Positions 37,786 through 48,737 of a stretch of 63,971 nucleotides of DNA are shown here, one piece after another. The notes under the pieces were generated by a model. That model was given only the letters and a program-made list of their open reading frames with translations, was not told where the DNA came from and did no database searches. Position 1 is the first letter of the stretch; each line of letters opens with the position of its first letter. The stretch comes from Malacoraja senta (Eukaryota). Position numbers and translations under genes: made by a program. The stretch is taken from positions 3,908,030 to 3,972,000 of the forward strand of contig CM075996.1 of assembly GCA_038087875.1 (NCBI GenBank), given 5' to 3'.

Positions 37786-39269
37786 TGTGTAAGCATTTGG
37801 CATCACTAGGCCTGTACTCGCTGGTGTTTAGAAGGATAAGGGGGAACCTCATTGAAACTTACCAAATATTGCCTCAGAGGGCGGTGGAGGCAGGTTCTCT
37901 GGATGCTTTCAAGAGAGAGCTAGATAGGGCTCTTAAAAATAGCGGAGTCCGGGGATATGGGGAGAAGTCAGGAACGGGGTACTGATTGGGGATGATCAGC
38001 CATGATCACATTGAATGGCGGTGCTGGCTTGAAGGACCGAATGGCCTACACCTGCACCTAAGCGACTTTGAGTCCTTGAAAAGCGCTATATAAATAAAAT
38101 GTATTATTATATTATTATTGTCTATTGAAAGGCCTGAATAGAGTGGATGTGGAGAGGATGTTTCCACCAGTGGAGAGTCTAGGACTTGAGGTCCTAAGAA
38201 TAAAAGAACATCCCTTTAGGAAGGAGATGAGGAGTTTATTTAGTCAGAGGGTGGTGAATCTGTGGAATTAATTGCCACAGAAGGCTGTGGAGGCCAAGTC
38301 AATGGATATTCTTCAGGCAGAGATAGATATATTCTCTCTATATGAAGCCTATTTGATATATGATATATGAAGCCTATTTCCTTCGCTCCATAGATGCTGC
38401 TGCACCCGCTGAGTTTCTCCAGCATTTTTGTGTACCTATAGATATATTCTTGATTTGTACAGGTATTAGGGGTTTTGTGAAGAAAGAGGGAGAATGGGTT
38501 GAGAGGGATAGATCAGCCCATGATTGAATGGAGTAGACTTGATGGGCCTAATGGCCTAATTCTGCTATTACTTATGACCTTACGTGTACTTGCACCCCAC
38601 AGCCCTGCTTCCCAGGAAAACTCTGCGCTGAACTAACTCGACTAATGTAATAACTTTTATGTAGCTATATTTTAACAACATTGTCTCAGATATTGACAGG
38701 GTGGCACAGTGGTAGAGTTGCTGCCTCACAGTGCCAGAGACCCGGGTTCGATCCTGACCATGGGTGCTGCTTGTACGTTCTTCCCGCAAAAGCATAGGTT
38801 TTCTCCGGGTGCTCCGGTTTCCACCCACGTTCCAAAGACGAGCAGGTTTGTAGCTCAATTGGCTTCTGTAAATTGTCTTGGACCGATAGATTCTTGATTA
38901 GTACAGGTGTCAGGGTTATGGGGAGAAGGCAGGAGAAAATGGTTAGAAGGGAGAGATAGTTCAGCCATGGTGGAATGGCGGCATAGACTTGATGAGTCGA
39001 TTGGCCTAATTCTGCTCCTATCACTTATGACCGTATGAACTTGAACTATCAACCAGACACAACTAAAATTTTCGGCCCAAAATGTTGCCTATTTCCTTCG
39101 CTCCATAGATGCTGCTGCACCCGCTGAATTCCTCCAGCATATTTGTCGACAATTAAATTTAAGGTAGCTCTTCTCCAAGAATCCTTTTTTTTTGCTTAAA
39201 TCCACCTCCAGTTTAAATTCCATTTGGAATATTTTGGAGAACCAAGAAGAGCCAACATCTGCAGTTGCT

Positions 39270-39746
39270 TCCTATTCAAAATGGCGGCCTGGGCAACATA
39301 GCGGCGGGAAAGGGGAATCAGATGCCTCGATCAAGATGGCGGCCGACGGTGCCATGGATACGACCTTCCAAACATGGCTTCCAGCAGCAGACATGTGGGA
39401 CGTGCAAATGGGACAGTCTGAAGGAGGGTCTAGACCAGAAACGCCACCCATTTCTTCTCTCCAGAGATGGTGTCTGCCCCCCCCCCCCCCCCCCCCGTTG
39501 AGTTCCTCCAGCATTTTGTGTGTCTATCTTTGGTTTAACCCAGCATCTGCACACGTGGCTGGGTCGGGTGTGGGCAAGTTGGGCCTGTTTCCGCACCGTG
39601 CGCCTCGTTCAAGATGGCGGCCGGCGGTGCCACCCGGCTGCGACCTTCCAAACATGGCGGGCGCGCCAGCAGCGAGCGCTTGACCAATCAGGGACCGTGT
39701 TTCGAGGCGGTGGCGGCGGCGGTGGCGGTTGTGAGGGACGACGCCG
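39270..39746 (+). promoter_or_regulatory. CpG-island promoter of ferritin gene B with clustered YY1-type motifs and a CCAAT box
   Basis: caaaatggcggc 39277, caagatggcggc 39332 and 39610, aacatggc 39371 and 39651; tgaccaatca 39681; high CpG density continuing to ~40030; no TATA seen. Confidence 0.75.
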
Positions 39747-40028
39747 ATGGGGAGTCTGTGGGGAGGAGCATGGCTGGCCGTGGCGGCGGGGCTGCGACCG
39801 GGCCGAGGCCTGCTCTGCCGCCTCGGGTGCAGGGCCGGCCCGCTGCTGCCATCAGCCGGGGGGCAGGGACAGGGACAGGGACAGGGACACGGACAGCTCC
39901 GGAGAGCTGCTCATGGCCGGGGCTCCGACTGCAGCCCCGGGCGCCAGAATTACCCCAAGGAATGCGAGGACGCGATCAACAGGCAGATCAACACGGAGTT
40001 CCGCGCTTTCTACGTCTACCTGTCCATG
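39747..40028 (+). CDS. Ferritin gene B exon 1: 60-aa putative mitochondrial presequence plus ferritin N-terminus
   Basis: gccgATGg Kozak context; MGSLWGGAWLAVAAGLRPGRGLLCRLGCRAGPLLPSAGGQGQGQGQGHGQLRRAAHGRGS-DCSPGRQNYPKECEDAINRQINTEFRAFYVYLSM|GTGAG. Confidence 0.9.
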
Positions 40029-40356
40029 GTGAGAGAAGGCAGGCTCCTTCCTGGTCACCATGTCCCAGCAGATCCCAAACACACAAAAAAAACACCCTGC
40101 AAACCCCAGCAGGGAGACATGGAGAGGATGAGTGGTCTTATAGAGACCGTGAGGAATAATATTTATTCATTCATTGTCACTTGAACCTCAAATGAGGCTC
40201 AAACGAAACTCTGTTTCTACAGCCATACAAAAAGAAACAATTTCTACAAGACACACAAACAATTCAATTCAGGATAGGCAGGATAAATGGGTAAAGATCC
40301 CAACACAAACACTCTTGCAGACCCCAGCTTACACCTAGTGAGGGCTACCAGGGAGA

Positions 40357-40803
40357 TAGAAATATAGAAATTAGGTGCAGGAGTAGGCCATCGGCCCTTC
40401 GAGCCTGCACCGCCATTCAATATGATCATGGCTGATCATCCAACTCAGTATCCCGTACCTGCCTTCTCTCCATACCCTCTGATCCCTTTAGCCACAAGGG
40501 CCACATCTAACTCCCTCTTAAATATAGCCAATGAACTGGCCTCGACTACCCTCTGTGGCAGAGAGTTCCAGAGATTCACCACTCTCTGTGTGAAAAAAGT
40601 TCTTCTCATCTCGGTTTTAAAGGATTTCCCCCTTATCCTTAAGCTGTGACCCCTTGTCCTGGACTTCCCCAACATCGGGAGCAATCTTCCTGCATCTAGC
40701 CTGTCCAACCCCTTAAGAATTTTGTAAGTTTCTATAAGATCCCCTCTCAATCTCCTAAATTCTAGAGAGTATAAACCAAGTCTATCCAGTCTTTCTTCAT
40801 AAG
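40357..40803 (-). mobile_element. CR1 LINE 3' fragment (near-identical to 463-900)
   Basis: ORF 40445-40816 SYEERLDRLGLYSLEFRRLRGDLIETYK. Confidence 0.95.
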
Positions 40804-43800
40804 ATTCAAGATTCAAGAGAGTTTATTGTCATCATGTATCCCTGATAGGACAATGAAATTCTTGCTTTGCTTCAGGACAACAGAACATAGTAGGCATTGA
40901 CTACAAAACAGATCAGTGTGTCCATATACCATTAAGTAGGCTGGGACTTCATTCCTTAGAGTGCAGGAGGATGAGGAGTCATCTTGTAGAGATCAAGAGG
41001 AATAGGTAATGTAAATGAGTAAAGATTTACCCCTATCTCCCTCTTGGGGTTCCCAACACAAACACTCTGCAAACCTCACCAGGAGACATGGCTTCACCTG
41101 TAGGAGGGCTACCATAGGCCATCTGCAACAAAAGAGTCTGAACGCTGACCGTTGACATTTAATGGCATTATTAGCTGCGTTTTCCACATCCTAGTGGCCA
41201 TCAACTTAATGGCCAATGGTGCATTATTGTCACCTGTGCAAACGCCCAGTGAAATTCTTTTCTTACAAACAGTTCAGTAAAGTATTGCCATACCTAAGCA
41301 CAATCCCGATTAGCAAAGTGTACAGAATTAGTCCCCGCATGCAAGAGGTGCCAGGTTTTGCCGATATTTTCAAAGTCCAGTCCGCACTTTAAGTCTTAAT
41401 GAATGGTGCCCGATCTACGCAAGCCCAGGCTGCTGCGGGTCCTCCAGCGTTGCCTTCCTTGACAAAATGTGTAGAAGGAACTGCAGATGCTGGTTTATAC
41501 CGAACATAGATGCAAAATGCTGAAGTAACTCAGTGGGACAGGCAGCATCTCTGGAGAGAAGGAATGGCTGATGAGTAATCTTATAGAGATCATGAGGAAT
41601 AGGCAGGATAAATGGGTAAAAATCCCAACACAAACACACTGCAGACCCCAGCAGGGACACATGGCTTCCTCCATCGGGAGGGCTACCATAGAGCAGGATA
41701 GGACTTCATTTCTAGGAGTGCAGGAGGATGAACAATCTTATAGAGATCAGGAGGAATAGGTAGGATAAAGATCCCAAAACAATCACTCTGCAACCCCAGC
41801 TTCCCCAGTTGAGCGGGCAACAGATTTGGAAAAGTGCTGAGGCAAAGCATCAGCAATAATCTTATTGAATGGTGAAGAAGGCATAGCTCCCATCAATCCC
41901 TTTGAACACAAGTGTTCATAAAAGTCTCATGACTCCAGTAGAGGCCAAAATATGCCCACTAATCCCAGCGGGGGTAGTGCTGAATATCTATTCATAGCGG
42001 GGTAGTGTTTCATATCTATTGACATGATCCAAAATAATTCAACATATAGCCTCTCAATTCCTTTCTATCCATCTATACAATTGGCTGGTATTGTACCTCA
42101 CAGCTACAGTAACCTAGGTTTAATTTTTCTTCTCATGGAAACATAGAAAATAGGTGCAGGAGGAGGCCATTCGGCCCTTCGAGCCAGCACCACCATTCAT
42201 TGTGATCATGGCTGATCGTCCCTATCAATAACCCGTGCCTGCCTTCTCCCTATATCCCTTGACTCCACTAGCCCCTAGAGCTCTATCTAACTCTCTCTTA
42301 AATCCATCCAGTGGACTTGGCCTTCACTGCCCTCTGTGGCATCGAATTCCATCACAACTCTCTGGGTGAAAACGTTTTTTCTCACCTCAGTCTTAAATGA
42401 CCTCCCTTTATTCTAAGAATGGAGCCTCTCAACTCCCATCAACTCAGCTGATGTTATCTGAATGGACTGCACATTCTATAACTGAGTCGGTTTCCCCTGG
42501 GAAACTTGCAAAGACCGGTAGTTATGTGAGTTGCATAATCTGTTGGGAGAATAAAATGACATGAGTGTGATTAGTGTAAATGGGTGATGGTGGGTATGGA
42601 CATGGGTGGGTCAAAAGGCCAGTTTACGTGCTGCATGACAGCATGACAATCTTGGTCAAACCTCTTTACAATCTCACCATGCCAATTAACAATCAATATA
42701 TTCACTCCATACCACCACAACCCAGCAACATTTACAAAAGCCCAAATAAAAAATGGTAAGTAATATTGAAGCAGCACAAAGTAGGATAATTGTTTCAAAT
42801 AAAAAAAATCTCAAGATATTCACAACAGAGGTTGGGTCCAAATTCACTTGCTTTCCTTGTATAAAATGGAGTAGGATGACGATACAACAAGCAAATACTG
42901 TGTTTTCTGGACACAGCAGTCTGGGCCTAATCTATACAGAGAAAAGATTAACACTTTTAATTGACCAATTATAGAACTAGAAGACGTCTGAAATTACTAG
43001 TTTTAAACAAATAGATAATGCAATGCTATTCAGATAATTAAGGTGATATAGATAAACCAAACAAAGTTTTGAAAATCTTTATGTTCTGTGCATACGTATA
43101 AAGTTATTATAATCTAAATTAGAGGCACGTTTTAGCTTCCAGTGGTGAGAGAATTGAAGTTGATTTAGTACGACAAGCGTGAAATTTTACATCAGTTTCC
43201 ACTATTAATGAGATACACCTCAAGACATCAGGAACTCCTGAACCATATTTGCGTTAATGATTTTTCCTCCTTGTTTTTGAAACGTAAGAATCAGTTTAGC
43301 CATAACAAGCTCTCACTAACAAGAGTCTGATTACAGCTAGGTAGTGTGGCTGTCTCTTAATAATGTTTGTTGAAAGATAAATATTGGCCAGGTCACAAGG
43401 AGCAACCCTCGTGTTCTTCCTCAAACTTATGGCAGTTGGATCCTTGATCAAAGCACCAGGCAAAGGTCACATGCAACAAAAGAGTCCTAAACACTGACCC
43501 TTGACATTTAATGGCATTACTAGCTAAGTTTTCCACATCCGAGTGGTCACCTGTGCCCAGGAATTCAACTTAATGGTCAAAAGTGCTTTATTGGCACAGG
43601 TGCAAACACACAGTGAAATTCTTTTCATACATACAGTTCAGGAAAGTATTGCCAGACCTAAGCACAATCCCCGATTAGAAAAGGTGTACGGGAATTAGTC
43701 CACTGAAACCGCATGCAAGAGGCACCATGTTTTGGTGCTATTTTCAAAGTCCAGTCCGCGCTTTAACTCTTATGAGCGGTGCCCGATCCAGGAAAGTCCC

Positions 43801-44713
43801 AGGCTGCTGCAGGTCCTCCAGCTGTCACCTTCCTTGGACGTCTGGATCGACAAGCGAACCGACAGCCTTCTCCTCACCCATTGGATAAGCCTCAGCTGCA
43901 AGAGTAGGTCAGAGATTGTGTATCCTTCAGTGACTAGTGCCCTGAAACCTTAAAGCTCAAACCATACGTTCCACTTACCTGGATGAGTGCAGCTCCAATA
44001 TCACTCAATGAGCTTGAATACTACCAGAACATAGCCGCCTGGTTAGTTGGCAATCCATTCTCCTCACCATCTTCATCTATTCATTCTTCTTCATCATCGT
44101 GGCTGCTGTTTGTGTCATCTACAAAATGCAGTGTCAGTGTCTGGAGTGCAACTAAAACCTGCAACCTCTGATTCAGATGTGAAAGTGCTATCCTTGAAGT
44201 GACCTTTCTTTAGCAGTGTTTAGAAACTGGCTGTCGATCCTGTCACGGCCAGATCCCAGGGAGTGTTTGTTAGAATCCCCCATACCTTGACGCAGTAACA
44301 GCGCGAGGGAAGCAAGTTATGTCCTTGCCAGGGTGATGTGCTCCATGACCATGTTATAGAGTTATAGAGTGATACAGCGTGGAAACAGGCCCTTCAACCC
44401 AACTTGCCCACACCAGCCAACATATCCCAGCTACACTAGTCCCGCCTGCCTGCGATTGGCCCATATACCTCCAAACCTGTCCTATCCATGTACCTGTCTA
44501 ACATGTTTCTTAAATGTTGGGATAGTCCCTACCTCAACTACCTCCTCTGGCAGAAGAAATGGGTGACGTTTCGGGTCGAGACCCTTCTTCAGACTGAAAA
44601 AGGGCCTCAACCCGAAACATCACCCATTCTTTCTCTCCAGAGATGCTGCCTGTCCTGCTGAGTGACTCCAGCTTTTTGTGTCTATCTTCTGACATTGGTT
44701 ATTTCTGTTACAG

Positions 44714-44860
44714 TCGTATTACTTTGAACGTTGTGATGTTTCTTTGAAAAACTTTGCCAAGTTTTACCTGGAGCAGTCCGTCGAGGAGCAGGAGCATGCT
44801 GAGAAGCTGATGATGTTTCAGATTAAGCGTGGAGGCCGCATCGTCCTGCATGATATCAAG
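44714..44860 (+). CDS. Ferritin gene B exon 2
   Basis: acag|[49 protein letters not shown]|gttag; 147 nt. Confidence 0.95.
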
Positions 44861-45029
44861 GTTAGTGGGAGTGAAATATCCCTGCCCCTTCTGAATACTT
44901 TCTTCAACTTCTAGCCCTCTTCTTTCAATAAAAATAATGTTATTAGTTGAGTGTATAACCAGCAAGTCGGGCATCCATTTCCTTTGTTTTATTGTTAGTT
45001 GAGTGTGTGGCGGTGAGTCAGCTGTTGAC

Positions 45030-45446
45030 TATCATAGAGTGATACAGTGTGGAGACAGGCCCTTCAGCCCAACTTGCCCACACCAGCCAACACGTCTCAG
45101 CTACACTAGTCCCACCTGCCCACGTTTGGCCCACATACCTCCAAATCTGTCCTACCCATGTACCTGTCTAACTGTTTCTTAAACATTGGGATAGTCCCTG
45201 CCTCAACTACCTCCTCTGGCAGCTTGTTCCATAGCCTGACCACCCTTTGTGTGAAATAGTTACCCCTCAGATTCCTATTAAATCTTTTCTCCTTCGTCTT
45301 AAACCTATCTCCTTTGGTCCTCGATTCCCCCTCTCTGGGCAAGAGACCCCGTGCATCTACCCAATCTATTCCTCTCATGGTGTTCTACACCTCTATAAGA
45401 TCACCCTCAGCCTCCTGCGCCCCAAGGAATAGAGTCCCAGCCTGCA
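45030..45446 (-). mobile_element. CR1 LINE 3' fragment
   Basis: ORF 45106-45378 RGIDWVDARGLLPREGESRT...RVVRLWNKLP. Confidence 0.88.
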
Positions 45447-46318
45447 CCTCAATCGTGCACAAAGATCCAGAAATTGAATCTGTGACAATAAGTGTGGACT
45501 AAATAGGTGGGGACATGATAGGTGAAATATAATGTGGAAAATGCGAGCATACGTGTTTTTAGAAAAATGGTAAAACGACATTCCTGTAATATTTTTAATG
45601 ATGAGAGATTAAAAGCATCAGTATGCAGAATGACCTGTGAGTCATTATGTATCCCTGAGGTTAAAGTGCAGGTAGAGCAAGGCAAAGTGCATTGTGCTTC
45701 ATGCAAGAAGTTCTGAGAAAAACAGTAAAGAATTCTTACTGGAATGAAATAAAACCTTGATGAAAACTCACCTGGGATTTTCCAGAGGTCTAGTAATTTC
45801 ATCTGAAGTAAGAACCACTTCCACTAGAGTGAATGCAATGACGGTATAATTCTTGGAATGGGGAAGCGGATTATTCAGTGAGGAGAGCTTGTGCAGACTC
45901 GGCCTATATTCTAGAGTATCTGTATTCTACATTATCTGCCCTTAGATAGACAACAAAAACCTGGAGTAACTCAGCGGGCCAGGCAGCATCTCTGGAGAAA
46001 AGGAATAGGTAACGTCTAGGGTCGAGACCATTCAGATAATCACCAGAGATGCCGTCTGCTGAGACCTGCTGAATTACTCCAGCTTTTTGTGTCTATCTTT
46101 GATTTAAACCAGCATCTGCTGTTCCTTTCTACACATTATCTGCACTTGTCAGTCATCGTGATTGAGGTTAGGAAGAACTGCAGCATTCACAAGTAATTTG
46201 AAGTGTTCCACACTGCAGGCACATGGTGCCAGTGTGGTGCATGAACCTGTTTACTACTGGAGTACCAGTCATACTGGCTTCCTTTTACTGGATGGTATGG
46301 AGCTTCTTGTGTTTTCAG

Positions 46319-46443
46319 AAACCTTCCCACGACGAGTGGGGCAGTGGCTTGGAGGCAATGGAGCATGCACTGCAGCTGGAGATTGAGGTCAATCAATGCA
46401 TCCTAAACTGCACAAACTGGGGAGTGAACAGAATGACATCAAT
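46319..46443 (+). CDS. Ferritin gene B exon 3 (125 nt; apparent 1-nt deletion near 46405-46408)
   Basis: tcag|KPSHDEWGSGLEAMEHALQLEIEVNQCIL-(aa)-LHKLGSEQNDIN|gtaagt; homology continues only after a -1 shift. Confidence 0.88.
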
Positions 46444-46445
46444 GT

Positions 46446-46735
46446 AAGTTTAGTTTAGATTAGTTTAGAGATACAGCGCGGAAACAGGTGCTTCGGCCCA
46501 TCGAGCAATCCTGCACACTAACACTATCCTACACACACTAGGGACAATTTACAATTATACCAAGCCAATTAACCTACAAACCTGCACGTCTTTGGAGTGT
46601 GGGAGGAAACTGGAGCACCCGGAGAAAACCCATGCAAGTCACGGGGAGAACATACAAACTCCATACAGAGTCAGGATGGAACCCGGGACTCTGGTGCTGG
46701 AAGGCAGCAACTCTACCGCTGCGCCACCCTGCCGC
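46446..46735 (-). mobile_element. V-SINE inserted immediately after the exon-3 donor of ferritin B
   Basis: (tttag)n tail abutting gtaag; reverse-strand V-domain and A/B boxes. Confidence 0.85.
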
Positions 46736-47872
46736 TGTAAGTGTATAAACCTTATCAAACCAAGGCCACCGTGCTCAGATTGGAAAGGTATTCTTCAAAA
46801 CACATATTTCAGATGTTTGGGAAACAAAGGCAATCCAGTTAGGAAACTGAAAATAAAAGGCTTATATAATGTAGTTTGAGAATCTAGAATGTTCTGCAAT
46901 TTCAACAGGTTTGTTCCAACCTGAGGAATTGATTCATTTGAGGAATAGATCGGTTAGATGCACAGAGTCTCTTGCCCAGAGTAGGCGAATCGAGGACCAG
47001 AGGTTAAAGTGAAGGGGAAAAGATTTAATAGGAATCTGAGGGGTTACTTTTTCACACAAAAGGGTGGTGAGTATATGGAACAAGCTGCCAGAGGCTGGCC
47101 AGCCAGTCTCAAATAATCGAATTTACACACAAAGTGAGCATGAAATTATTGGTACGTTGCATAATCCCCTGACGTTATTAAATTGGTATCTCTCCTACTT
47201 ATCTGACGCTACTTTTCTAGCGATGGGGTGAGGGTGGGTAAGCAAATTTACAGAGGGCATTGGTGAAAATGGCATAAGCATTAGGGTTAGGTTCTGAAGA
47301 AGGGTCTCGACCTATTCCTTGTCTCCAGAGACACAGTCTGACTGCTGAGTTACTCCAGCTTTTTGTGGCTATCATAAGCATTAAGAAGATAATCCATTTC
47401 ACACAAAGGGTGGTGGGTGTATGGGAACAAGCTGCCAGAGGAGGTAGTTGAGGCAGGGACTATCCCAACGTTTAAGGAACAGTTAGACAGGTACATGGAT
47501 AGGACAGGTTTGGAGGGATGTGGACCAAACGCGGGCAGGTGGGACTAGTGTAGCTGGGACATGTTGGCCGGTGTGGGCAAGTTGGGCCGAAGGGAATAAA
47601 TTTTGCGGAATTTTTAATGCCAGACAAATGAAAGCACAGCTACCATTGAAAGTGTGATTAAAAACTGAGATGTGCTCGGTGAGCGATTTCATTTGATTAT
47701 TCGACCTACACAGAAGTTCAGATTCACGACATGTTCAGAATTTAACTGACCTGTACAAAATTTCAATTGGAATTTTTCCTCTCTATTCAAAAGGCTAATG
47801 CAGGTGGTTTTGGAACTTGTATATCCCTTTTCGGGTGAAACCCTTCAACGCTACCTTCTCTTCCTGTTACAG

Positions 47873-48028
47873 TTATGTGAGTTCTTGGAGTCAAACTACT
47901 TGAGTGAGCAACTCGAGGCCATTAGGAAGCTTGGAGAACACATCACCAACCTGAAGAGACTGGGAGCCCCTGAGAATGGTATGGGAGAGTACCTGTTCGA
48001 CAAGCACTCCCTGGGGAAGGACAGTTAA
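47873..48028 (+). CDS. Ferritin gene B exon 4
   Basis: acag|[57 protein letters not shown] at 48267-48272. Confidence 0.95.
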   Translation, partial: LCEFLESNYLSEQLEAIRKLGEHITNLKRLGAPENGMGEYLFDKHSLGKDS

Positions 48029-48334
48029 TGACATGGGCTTTGGTGAACTCATCCCCTTGGGATATGACTTGTGCCGGCTTTTCTCACTTTCTGCAAGTTT
48101 GTCAGCTTGTTATCTAACCATCTGTACAGAGAGGATTCCATTGTTCACCTGAGCAAGAGGGCACTGTCCATTCCAGTGTCTCGTGTTAAGTTATTACTGT
48201 CAACCTGGCCCTGGTCATTGTAGGGCCAGATTAAAGACCACGCACTGCATGGTACATCTGTTCCCAAATAAAATACTGTGAGAACTTTACCATTTTGCTT
48301 GTCAGATTCTTTTGGATCTAAAATGGATAAGGAA

Positions 48335-48737
48335 TTTCTGGAATTTAGAAGGATGAGAGGGTATCTTATTGAAACATGTAAGATTATTAAGGGTTTGGAC
48401 ACGCTAGAGGCAGGAAACATGTTCCCGATGTTGGAGGAGTCCAGAACCAGGGGCCACAGTTTAAGAATAAGGGGTAAGCCATTTAGAGTGGAGATGAGGA
48501 AAAACGTTTTCACACAGAGAGTTGTGAGTCTGTGGAATTCTCTGCCTCAGAGGGTGGTGGAGGCTGGTTCTCTGGATGCTTTCAAGAGAGCTAGATAGGG
48601 CTCTTAAAGATAGCGGAGTCAATGGATATGGGGACAAGGCAGGAACGGAGTACTGATTGTGAATGATCAGCCATGCTCACATTGAATGGCGGTGCTGTCT
48701 CGAGGGGCCGAATGGCCTACTGCACCTATTGTCTATT
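48335..48737 (+). mobile_element. CR1 LINE 3' fragment
   Basis: LEFRRMRGYLIETCKIIKGLDTLEAGNMFPML; tail present. Confidence 0.9.

Noticed and set aside
39192..40159. Overlapping long ORFs (163, 170 and 181 aa) in the CpG island
   Set aside because: Stop-poor GC-rich sequence; only the 39747 frame has ferritin homology and a splice donor.
46402..46408. Programmed -1 ribosomal frameshift at C CUA AAC rescuing ferritin B
   Set aside because: Not an X XXY YYZ slippery heptamer, and no downstream stimulatory structure is evident; an indel error or mutation is simpler.
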